Shown: in pieces, positions 37,988 to 46,013 of the stretch
How the letters are laid out: each line of letters starts with the position of its first letter
Numbering within the stretch: the stretch's first letter is position 1
DNA from: a virus
Taxonomy: Duplodnaviria; Caudoviricetes
Strand: one strand, 5' to 3'
IMG/VR virus record: IMGVR_UViG_3300032301_000861
Location: 3,744-67,743 of that record
DNA length: 64,000 nucleotides
Translations under genes and position numbers: made by a program
The notes under the pieces: model-generated
Seen by the model: only the letters and a program-made list of their open reading frames with translations
Database searches by the model: none
What the model was told of the DNA's origin: nothing

Positions 37988-38326
37988 ATGAAACCCTGGC
38001 TTAGAGAAGATACCAAAGATTGGATTAACCAAGTAGAGCATCGCATCGAAGATATAGATTACTATCTCAAACGCACCATAGAATGGTGCGAGATCAATGA
38101 AGTTTACCAAGACGAGCAGGTGTTTATGTGTAGTTTTTTAACCTGTATTTGGGTATGTAGAATGCGTAATGAGCAGGTTTCATATAATGAACTATTGGAA
38201 ATATTGGGATTAGAAAGTCATACTATCCCAAACGCCGATAAACTATATGACCTAGGTCCCATGTTTGAAAATCTAGATCACGAAGAAATACTCAATTTGG
38301 CAGTCAGGCACTTTCCAAAATTTTAA
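37988..38326 (+). CDS. Hypothetical protein
   Basis: 112-aa ORF convergent with 38327..38572. Confidence 0.65.
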   Translation: MKPWLREDTKDWINQVEHRIEDIDYYLKRTIEWCEINEVYQDEQVFMCSFLTCIWVCRMRNEQVSYNELLEILGLESHTIPNADKLYDLGPMFENLDHEEILNLAVRHFPKF

Positions 38327-38572
38327 TTACTTGCTGTCGTAGTCCTTAACCGGACCGCCATGTATTTCGCTTTTGGCCTTTTTACCTTTAAGACGAACAC
38401 CGCTACCTTTTCGACCTTGCTGACCAGTACCGGCTGTATGATCAGTGTCGTGTGCTCTTAGACCCAAACTCACGCATTGAGAATATCTCACATTACTTAA
38501 CCGTTTGACAGCACACTGACTCTTAGTGGGATTTGCTATCTTTTTTTCTAGAATAAATTCAATGGCACGCAT
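38327..38572 (-). CDS. Small basic late protein with MRAIEFILE leader
   Basis: TAAATA-5nt-ATG; K/R/G-rich. Confidence 0.7.
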   Translation of the reverse strand: MRAIEFILEKKIANPTKSQCAVKRLSNVRYSQCVSLGLRAHDTDHTAGTGQQGRKGSGVRLKGKKAKSEIHGGPVKDYDSK

Positions 38573-38576
38573 GTGA

Positions 38577-39131
38577 TTATTTACCAATTAAATCCGCAAG
38601 ATTAACCGTTTCCTGCTTAACCACTTGTAGAGCATTTTGATCAAAAGCAATGTAACTCATCTGACCGGGATCTTCTATTTGATTTACATATCTAAATCCT
38701 TCAATACCGCATTTTCTTAGAATATTAATAAATTCATCAATAAATTTCTGAGCATTGGGTATCAGTCGAGCTTTGACTCTAAGACTGATATCAGTTAATT
38801 GTTCGGCGCCACCGCAAGATTTAATCCTAGGATCCTTTTTTAATTCCGGAATCCATTTGACTAACTTTTTAAAATCGCCGGGAGGATCACCTAAATTGGG
38901 ATAATCTGTCACAAGAGCAGTTTTGCTGGTATCCAAATTTACTGTGTAAATGTAAGCACTAGTTTTGGACTGCCAGTCGGGCTCATTGGTATGCACTTGC
39001 ACCAGTCTATCTAATGCAGCCCGACGACTACCCAAATGTGTAAAAGGTCTAAATTTCTTAATATTGGGACTAAAACTGCCATGAAAAGCAGATCCGCTTA
39101 TGTCTTCAGTTAATAGATCACAGATTTTCAT
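38577..39131 (-). CDS. ADP-ribosyltransferase-fold protein (ART-PolyVal-like) with MKICDLLTE leader
   Basis: FHG, THLGS, YIY.V.L, GF.Y.N..ED....SYI.F pattern. Confidence 0.55.
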   Translation of the reverse strand: MKICDLLTEDISGSAFHGSFSPNIKKFRPFTHLGSRRAALDRLVQVHTNEPDWQSKTSAYIYTVNLDTSKTALVTDYPNLGDPPGDFKKLVKWIPELKKDPRIKSCGGAEQLTDISLRVKARLIPNAQKFIDEFINILRKCGIEGFRYVNQIEDPGQMSYIAFDQNALQVVKQETVNLADLIGK

Positions 39132-39135
39132 ACGA

Positions 39136-39861
39136 TTATTTATCGTAGAAGATGTGTGCTCCGGTTCTGGTTACTCGATTTAATCTCCACCCTGGATTAA
39201 CATAGTAAGCATGATAATGAAAACTAGTCGAATACTTTTTCTTCCATTCCTCATAGCCATCAGTTATCACTTTCTTGGCCACACGCTGGCTAGCAATCCA
39301 TCTGGGATTATCATCAGCGGGTTCCTTAACCGCTTCACAGGTCCACGAAAACTGACAAACGGTCCAGGTTTTGTTAACTTCTTTAGTTTTATTTTTAGAT
39401 ATCTTAACCGTTTTAACTGCGGAAAAAGAACTACGCTGATAAACTACATCGCACAATGTTTTAGGATAAGACCTGTTGTTCAATCTATTTAAAGTAACAA
39501 TACCCACAGCAGCCATACCTTCCTCAGGTTCATTAGCTGCTTCGTGATAGATATTACGAGATAAACAATAAAAATCTTTAGATGTTATAGGTGCGGGGGT
39601 GGCAGTTGCTTTTCGAATAATAGATTCTAATGCATCTGCTCCAGCGCCCATAACTCTGCCAAAAAACCCGGGCTTTTTCTCCGGTTGAACTTGCTCTACC
39701 ACTATGTCAATACCGGAATCAGTCTTTTCTATTATTTCTTGTATAGACTGTTCTGCTGAAATCGAATTGTCAAGATTTAACTTTTCTTCTGCGGCCCGCA
39801 CGGGCACTGCTGTTAAACTAAATGCCAATAATAAAACTCCAAATAAAGTTATTTTGGTCAT
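39136..39861 (-). CDS. Cell wall hydrolase, SleB/Hydrolase_2 family
   Basis: CLSRNIYHEA.NEP..G..AV..V.LNR, QFSW, HIFY; signal peptide. Confidence 0.88.
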   Translation of the reverse strand: MTKITLFGVLLLAFSLTAVPVRAAEEKLNLDNSISAEQSIQEIIEKTDSGIDIVVEQVQPEKKPGFFGRVMGAGADALESIIRKATATPAPITSKDFYCLSRNIYHEAANEPEEGMAAVGIVTLNRLNNRSYPKTLCDVVYQRSSFSAVKTVKISKNKTKEVNKTWTVCQFSWTCEAVKEPADDNPRWIASQRVAKKVITDGYEEWKKKYSTSFHYHAYYVNPGWRLNRVTRTGAHIFYDK

Positions 39862-39875
39862 CGAACTCTCCCATA

Positions 39876-40397
39876 TTATTCATAAAACACATGCCTCCCG
39901 ATTTTAGTCACGGGCTGCTTGCCCCATTTGGGGTCAACATAATCGGCGTGATAAAATAATGACGCCTTTACTGATCTAACACGAACATTATCCAAAAGTA
40001 CCTGCTTGGCTACTTCCATTGATTCTACATAGGCCTTTATATTTATAGGTTTTTTAATGATGTCTTTTTCACAATACCAGGAAAATTGACAAACTGATTG
40101 AACTTTTTGATATATCACCTGACAAACATCACTAGGGAACTTGCCACTTTTTACCCGATTTATGGTAACCTGTGCTACAGCGACCTTACCTTCCCAGGGT
40201 TCAGATGCTGCTTCGTAGTAGATATTTTTAGTAAGGCAGTCAATGTGTTGTGCGTTAAATCTCCGTGAGTTAGTTGCAGATCCCTTATCAACCCAAATCT
40301 CTCGTTGTTTAATAGTTAGGGCAGGTGAGTCAACCGGCTGGATAAGACTAAAAAATAATAAAGTTGCAACCAAAGATCTAATAATTTTTTTCGACAT
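39876..40397 (-). CDS. Cell wall hydrolase, SleB/Hydrolase_2 family (paralog)
   Basis: CLTKNIYYEA.SEP.EGKVAVAQVTINRV, QFSW, YHADYV.P.W, IGRHVFY. Confidence 0.9.
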   Translation of the reverse strand: MSKKIIRSLVATLLFFSLIQPVDSPALTIKQREIWVDKGSATNSRRFNAQHIDCLTKNIYYEAASEPWEGKVAVAQVTINRVKSGKFPSDVCQVIYQKVQSVCQFSWYCEKDIIKKPINIKAYVESMEVAKQVLLDNVRVRSVKASLFYHADYVDPKWGKQPVTKIGRHVFYE

Positions 40398-40470
40398 TGT
40401 TAATTACCTATATGTAAGTTAAAGTTGTTATTAGGTGCAAAAATAGTCGCAGATGCTAGAAGCAACCGCA

Positions 40471-40499
40471 AGTTTACATTAAAAACAACAGGAAATCAA
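40471..40499 (-). promoter_or_regulatory. sigma70-like promoter upstream of wall hydrolases
   Basis: TTGATT-17-TAAACT on minus strand. Confidence 0.6.
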
Positions 40500-40515
40500 G
40501 AAAGGCGTGTGGCTT

Positions 40516-41109
40516 TTATTTGACGCCTATTACCATGTATCTTGTAAATTTCCAATCTGGATAATTAAAATCCAAACTACCACGATACATTGTATCGGTT
40601 AATGAGTAGTTAGCACAAAAATCATCTAAAGAATCACTACAAAAGTAGTGATCATCATGTGGCATATTGTTACCCTGCAGAGCCACTACAGTTCCCTGAG
40701 GTATATTATCAAACCATTCCTTTGAAGTAAAATGTTCTGTACTAGTATTAATTATAAGATCAACACCCTTGGGGTGTAATTTATTACAGTCATCAGTAAC
40801 TGCTTTAAACTGCCATTCTTTAATAACCCAATTCTCGTTGAGCATATCTGCCACTGATTCGCAGTGAGGGTCGATGTCGATGCTGCGTATCTCTTTAATT
40901 TCTATTCGATTGCGTGATCGTAACAACAGAGCGGTTACAGCATACCAACCACCGTAGATCCATATTGAATCTATTTTTTCAAATAGTTCTTCTAATTGTT
41001 CGCAGAGCCAAAGTTTGCTGCCCATCTGACCACTGCTGAAAGCGTCTTTATCTACTGAGATCATAGTTCTTGTATTCGAGATAGAGTTTGATCTGTGGTC
41101 TTGTGCCAA
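40516..41109 (-). CDS. Class I SAM-dependent methyltransferase-like protein
   Basis: IYGGWY glycine loop, acidic SIDIDP, IINTSTEH; start uncertain. Confidence 0.6.
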   Translation of the reverse strand: MAQDHRSNSISNTRTMISVDKDAFSSGQMGSKLWLCEQLEELFEKIDSIWIYGGWYAVTALLLRSRNRIEIKEIRSIDIDPHCESVADMLNENWVIKEWQFKAVTDDCNKLHPKGVDLIINTSTEHFTSKEWFDNIPQGTVVALQGNNMPHDDHYFCSDSLDDFCANYSLTDTMYRGSLDFNYPDWKFTRYMVIGVK

Positions 41110-41543
41110 ACACCTATACCTCCGGCTCGATCCCAGTCCATTATGTTTTGCAGCCTATCATCAATTAAAATAGAATTACCTGTACACCACTTTGACTTAT
41201 CTTTACTGTATGGACCAAACCAAACTGGAATGGTCGGATAATACCGATTGGCCCATTCGATCTTATCGCTGAATGCCCAAGGAAAGTCATTGTCTCTAGG
41301 CACAGCGGTTAAGAATCTCAAGTCGTAATTTTTCTTCTGAGATAAGGTGATAGCAGCCTCCACAATTAGATCTGCGTCTTTACATTTTTCCAAATCTCGA
41401 TAAAATCTCGGATACTGTAAAAATTTATCCCAATCTTCTTTAGGATATTTGGCTCCTTGATCAACTAGATACCCAGCAAGTTCAAATGCCCTTTTGCTAA
41501 AATCGGCTACTACATCATCCATATCTAAAAATATAACAGACAT
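41061..41543 (-). CDS. 5'(3')-deoxyribonucleotidase (HAD, NT5C-like)
   Basis: FLDMDDVVADF, FLTA.P, K..W, ILIDDR..N...W...GG. Confidence 0.8.
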   Translation of the reverse strand: MSVIFLDMDDVVADFSKRAFELAGYLVDQGAKYPKEDWDKFLQYPRFYRDLEKCKDADLIVEAAITLSQKKNYDLRFLTAVPRDNDFPWAFSDKIEWANRYYPTIPVWFGPYSKDKSKWCTGNSILIDDRLQNIMDWDRAGGIGVWHKTTDQTLSRIQEL

Positions 41544-41557
41544 TCGAAAATCCTTGA

Positions 41558-41680
41558 TTAATAAATGAAGGGATCTCTTTCTTTGAGTTCCTTTAAACGT
41601 TTTTTATATCTATAATGTCGAATAAGTTTTCCAAAAAATAATTCTATCAAAAAATCTTTGACTTTAATTATGTATTTCAT
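41558..41680 (-). CDS. 40-aa basic peptide (MKYIIK...LKELKERDPFIY), not in ORF track
   Basis: Translated by hand; fills intergenic gap in the operon direction. Confidence 0.55.
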   Translation of the reverse strand: MKYIIKVKDFLIELFFGKLIRHYRYKKRLKELKERDPFIY

Positions 41681-41684
41681 ACTA

Positions 41685-42023
41685 TTATCTCTTATAAGCA
41701 GTAACCGATGATATCAACCCATCATTGTCGAATTGTATAACATCTACAACATTTATAGAATTAACAATATCTTGTATCGAAATTTGAATCTTCATTTCAG
41801 CGATAGCTGTATTATTTTTAGTTATTAGATTTATAACTTCGATGCTAATACTATCTACTAGAGAAAATAATTTTTCATTAGCGGCGACCACTTGATCTTT
41901 GCCTATACAACTGTTTTCCCAATCTTGTAGGAAAATGTCTTCAGAAAACATATCGCTCAATGATGCAATATCTTTATTTTGAAAATGTTTAAAATAATCA
42001 TAAACTTTTAAATCAATCATCAC
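41685..42023 (-). CDS. NTF2/SnoaL-like protein
   Basis: YF..F..KD...L..MFSEDI.L.DW...VVDVI.FD.DG.I..V.AYK. Confidence 0.75.
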   Translation of the reverse strand: MMIDLKVYDYFKHFQNKDIASLSDMFSEDIFLQDWENSCIGKDQVVAANEKLFSLVDSISIEVINLITKNNTAIAEMKIQISIQDIVNSINVVDVIQFDNDGLISSVTAYKR

Positions 42024-42131
42024 TACTCCGGTTCTTCAAATCTTTTATTTTAATTTAAATTACTAATAACATCTGTCGATCTGTCAATAGGATCCATATA
42101 TAGTTTTACTATTATAATTCAAATTAAATTC

Positions 42132-42914
42132 TTACAATCCATTTAAATTGTACGGCGCATGGAATTTATGCTCAATGTTTAAACATTGTACAAATTCGTT
42201 AGGGCTGATGCCCAACTCAACATGTTCTTTCCTATAAATGCAGTACACTGTATGTGCAGTATTTAATGCGGTGATTCCAATCTTTTCTAACCATTCTCCT
42301 AATATATTTGCTTCCCAAATATTTTTTTCTACTTGAATTATAAATTTAGATGCTTTTTTCATTGTCTCAGAGCTTCCTAGAAACATTACATCATCAATCC
42401 TAATAGGATTGTATCCTAATGTGTACAATGCAGTAGGATCGCCATTAAATCGTAAAACTTCCTCATTTAAATTTCTTTCTGTTGGAAAAATAATATCTGG
42501 TCTAATCTTAACAACAATATCATATTGAAAATTATTTATTTTCTCATAATTTTCAACTAATTGTAGCACTTTATACCATGAATACCACTGCGGGGAAAAA
42601 TGATGTAAATTAATAAAAAATGGCAATGCAAGAAATTTATTTTGATTTTCTATTTCTATGGACACAAATTTATTGTCATACATACCGTTTAGTTGTTCTA
42701 CCAAATGGTAGCTTGACATTTTATATAAATTTTGAGTTTGTGTTTTGTTTAACGCAGGGAGGCTATCACGATGCCATGGTTTCGATTCGGATATATCCCA
42801 TGTATGCATAAAGAAGTCAATATCATCATATAAATATCTAAACCAGTGTTTTAGATTCTCAGCCGATTCGACTCCTGCTCGAATCATTCCTATAAAGCAA
42901 ACAGCTATTTTCAT
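42132..42914 (-). CDS. Putative glycosyltransferase/polysaccharide-modifying protein, paralog A
   Basis: MKIAVCF.G..R, YDIVVKIRPD motifs shared with neighbours. Confidence 0.6.
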   Translation of the reverse strand: MKIAVCFIGMIRAGVESAENLKHWFRYLYDDIDFFMHTWDISESKPWHRDSLPALNKTQTQNLYKMSSYHLVEQLNGMYDNKFVSIEIENQNKFLALPFFINLHHFSPQWYSWYKVLQLVENYEKINNFQYDIVVKIRPDIIFPTERNLNEEVLRFNGDPTALYTLGYNPIRIDDVMFLGSSETMKKASKFIIQVEKNIWEANILGEWLEKIGITALNTAHTVYCIYRKEHVELGISPNEFVQCLNIEHKFHAPYNLNGL

Positions 42915-43721
42915 TTATTTTTCAACATCCATAAACCAACCAACTTTATGAACTTTATCCCATTCTGTCTTATAATCTAGACCCAATGATTGCTTTCTAA
43001 TAATTGAATATCGTACCATACCTTCCCTGAAATTAATATTTTTCATTGTGCACCATTTATACAACAATGCTCCATCTCCTACTCTATTCCAGGCTGGATT
43101 TGCAGCATCAAAATTTACTAATTGCTTGAATTTATTGTCCACTAATATATTATAAAATGAGTCCACTAGATCCATAGTAAACGAAGATCCATAATGAAAA
43201 ATTTGATTAGGGTTTGGTAGAACAAACTCATGACGCATTAATCCAAAATGTGTATACAATGTTTTTTCTTCTATTAGAAAATTTATATAATGTTCAAATA
43301 AAGAATTATGCGGATAGACTATATCATATCTGGCCCGTATAACCAAATCAAACATCATATTATTTTCTATTTCGTATTTTTGCTTTAAATAGTTAGCCAT
43401 CATTTGACTGTAAAGCTGAACACCGAAGTTAAAATTACGTTGTTTTTCAGGTTCAACAAGTAACTTAGAAAAATTAAAATGAGAATTTAATTCAGTTTTT
43501 AATTTTTCAATTTCTAGTGTTTCAAATTCTTGATGTGATACACCGCTATCAGATTTTATTTTAAAGTAGTTTTTATCTGTGGTATGACCAAAAAAATAAT
43601 ATTGATTGTTTTTCTCAGAAGAGAAAAACTTATTAATTGATTCTGCACAATATTTAAATGTTCTACTTTGTCCGCTTAAACAAACTGCAATTTTGCAATT
43701 TTCAAATGGTTTCATATCCAT
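42915..43721 (-). CDS. Putative glycosyltransferase, paralog B
   Basis: KIAVCLSGQ.R, FDLVIRARYD. Confidence 0.6.
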   Translation of the reverse strand: MDMKPFENCKIAVCLSGQSRTFKYCAESINKFFSSEKNNQYYFFGHTTDKNYFKIKSDSGVSHQEFETLEIEKLKTELNSHFNFSKLLVEPEKQRNFNFGVQLYSQMMANYLKQKYEIENNMMFDLVIRARYDIVYPHNSLFEHYINFLIEEKTLYTHFGLMRHEFVLPNPNQIFHYGSSFTMDLVDSFYNILVDNKFKQLVNFDAANPAWNRVGDGALLYKWCTMKNINFREGMVRYSIIRKQSLGLDYKTEWDKVHKVGWFMDVEK

Positions 43722-44460
43722 CTAACTTACCCTTTAGAGCTAAAACTTGTTGATCACGCATTATTTTTACGCTAGGCGAAGTTGGGTAATTTAATAAACC
43801 AATACTGGCCATATAAAAATACATTGCGATTTCTGGTGGGGGACAATCTGTTTTTGTTACCCAATCAGTTGGGACAAATGAAAGAAATTTATAAAACTGA
43901 GCCATCTGATCAAACGTATAACTGTCAGTATAAAAGAATATATCCCCTACCCTATATACATTGTAAATTTCATCCCACGAACAATGTGTCGTATATACTG
44001 TGCTAGGCCGAGGGGGTTCCAAAACTAAATTATCTTCGAACCAAAGATCGGATCTCATGCGAATTACTAAATCATAACGGAAATCATTTTCTAATTCATA
44101 TTCTCTCTTAAGCATCGAGACATAATACAAACTATAAAATTGCTCTATACACCATGGTCCAAATTTTTTTGACACAGGAATGTCACAATTCCAATAATCG
44201 ATATTTTTTCTAGACTCAAACAAATATTTTTTTGGATTTAATGTTGAGATAATATCTTCTTTTTCGTCGTCAGGCAATAATTGGTCTTCTATTTCAACTA
44301 CACCACCATTATAAGTTTCTAATAGTCTAGGTAAAGTATTATAATCCCAAAAATGGAAGAAGAAATCTATTTCTCCTTGACCGCCAAATAATTCCATCCA
44401 ACGCGGATAACATTTTTTCCAAGTTCTCGGCTGACCACTAAGGCAGACTGCAATCTTCAT
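43702..44460 (-). CDS. Putative glycosyltransferase, paralog C
   Basis: MKIAVCLSGQPR, YDLVIRMRSD. Confidence 0.6.
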   Translation of the reverse strand: MKIAVCLSGQPRTWKKCYPRWMELFGGQGEIDFFFHFWDYNTLPRLLETYNGGVVEIEDQLLPDDEKEDIISTLNPKKYLFESRKNIDYWNCDIPVSKKFGPWCIEQFYSLYYVSMLKREYELENDFRYDLVIRMRSDLWFEDNLVLEPPRPSTVYTTHCSWDEIYNVYRVGDIFFYTDSYTFDQMAQFYKFLSFVPTDWVTKTDCPPPEIAMYFYMASIGLLNYPTSPSVKIMRDQQVLALKGKLDGYETI

Positions 44461-46013
44461 TTAAACTGATCCTTGGCGGCTCGACAAAGTTCGTAAAATT
44501 CAGTCATTTCAGGAAATGTTTTTAAAAAATTAGTACCTTTTCTGTTATCTATTTCGTTTACAAAATCATAAAACTTAGCTCTATGCTCTATCACGGTCTC
44601 GTTTGAATCACCGTGAGTTTTATTAAAATGCATAGCCTCCAAGACTATTCGTTTCATTTTCTCAATTTCATATTGTTCAAAACCTTGATGTAAACCCCAA
44701 GTAATATTTCCCGCATTGCTTGTCATATAATTCATAGCAGGTATTAGGTATTTTTCTATTAATTTTTTATCAGCATAGTGAGCATCTAATAAAGCAGGAC
44801 TTCTTAGATAGGGTATATCAATACCTACAATAGAATAATGACTAGGGCCTAATTTTTCTCTCTCTACATGGGGTCTTTCGCCGCCCAGATTAAAATCAAA
44901 TTCTTTTTCCCACTTAGACATAGTTTTATCTAAATTATATTTTCTCTTGAGATCAGCTTGCCACTCAAGCAGTTCTTTAATACTTGTAATACTCAACAAA
45001 TTAAAAGTGCACATCACAATGCACCTAATATTTCCTAATTCTAATATCTGTTCGTATCTCTTTTTAAACAGCTCAAAATCTAAACCAGGACGAATATATT
45101 CAGCTCGTTCTCCCCAACCATCAATGCTAGTAAATAAACTAAATTTCTTTACATAATTTCCACTAGATAGAATTTTTATTTTTTCTACAAATTGATTCCA
45201 TATTTTATCCGGAACACCTAAATTACTGTTAATGCTAAATTCAATTTCAGTATTGGGATTTTTAATGAACCAATCAATACTACGAAAAGTTTCTTTGCTT
45301 AGAAGGGGTTCCCCACCAGTGATTCTATAAACCTTTAAATGTTTATATGCTTCCGGAAACCATTTCCAAAATGCATCAATATAAGGATTAAACTCACGAT
45401 TTTTATAATTAAGATCATCTAAATTCGGTTGCCATCCCTGTACCCACTGCACTTTCTGAGTATTTTCTAAAACTTTAATGGGACCGTGTGTTTTTAAATC
45501 ATCTACCCAAACACTACTAAATTCCGGGCCGCAATATAAACAACTAAAATTACAAACATTACTAAAGTCTACTTCAAGATATCTCGGATAATAGTCAACT
45601 TCCCAGCCTTGCTCTTTAATTTTATCGTGATCCGAAAGAGCCCAAGATTCTATACTTTTGTAAAATCTATCACTGGGATTATTACTGTCTTCCATACGCC
45701 AACAATAATCACATTCCTCAGGACGATCGCCACTTAACATTTCTTTTCTAGCCCGCTTAAGATGTTGAGTATTAAACAAAGCATTAGGGCTACTTTCTAT
45801 TTCTTCTAAAGGAATTTTATGAGGAACTGGATGGTGACATGCATGAGTCATGCCTGTTCCTAGGTGCATGGTTACCTGTGTAAACTTTGCTAGACAAAAT
45901 CCATTCCCTGTAGAATCCAAAAGCTCCTTTATATTTTTAATATTCGATTGATTATTAACAATATGATCGTGCTCGTTCTTAATCCAAATAATATCATTCA
46001 GCTTTTTGGTCAT
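44457..46013 (-). CDS. Radical SAM protein with N-terminal Cys-rich (twitch-like) domain
   Basis: CNFSCLYC (CxxxCxxC), TGGEPLL, additional C..KF, CHHP, ECDYCW clusters. Confidence 0.9.
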   Translation of the reverse strand: MTKKLNDIIWIKNEHDHIVNNQSNIKNIKELLDSTGNGFCLAKFTQVTMHLGTGMTHACHHPVPHKIPLEEIESSPNALFNTQHLKRARKEMLSGDRPEECDYCWRMEDSNNPSDRFYKSIESWALSDHDKIKEQGWEVDYYPRYLEVDFSNVCNFSCLYCGPEFSSVWVDDLKTHGPIKVLENTQKVQWVQGWQPNLDDLNYKNREFNPYIDAFWKWFPEAYKHLKVYRITGGEPLLSKETFRSIDWFIKNPNTEIEFSINSNLGVPDKIWNQFVEKIKILSSGNYVKKFSLFTSIDGWGERAEYIRPGLDFELFKKRYEQILELGNIRCIVMCTFNLLSITSIKELLEWQADLKRKYNLDKTMSKWEKEFDFNLGGERPHVEREKLGPSHYSIVGIDIPYLRSPALLDAHYADKKLIEKYLIPAMNYMTSNAGNITWGLHQGFEQYEIEKMKRIVLEAMHFNKTHGDSNETVIEHRAKFYDFVNEIDNRKGTNFLKTFPEMTEFYELCRAAKDQFK

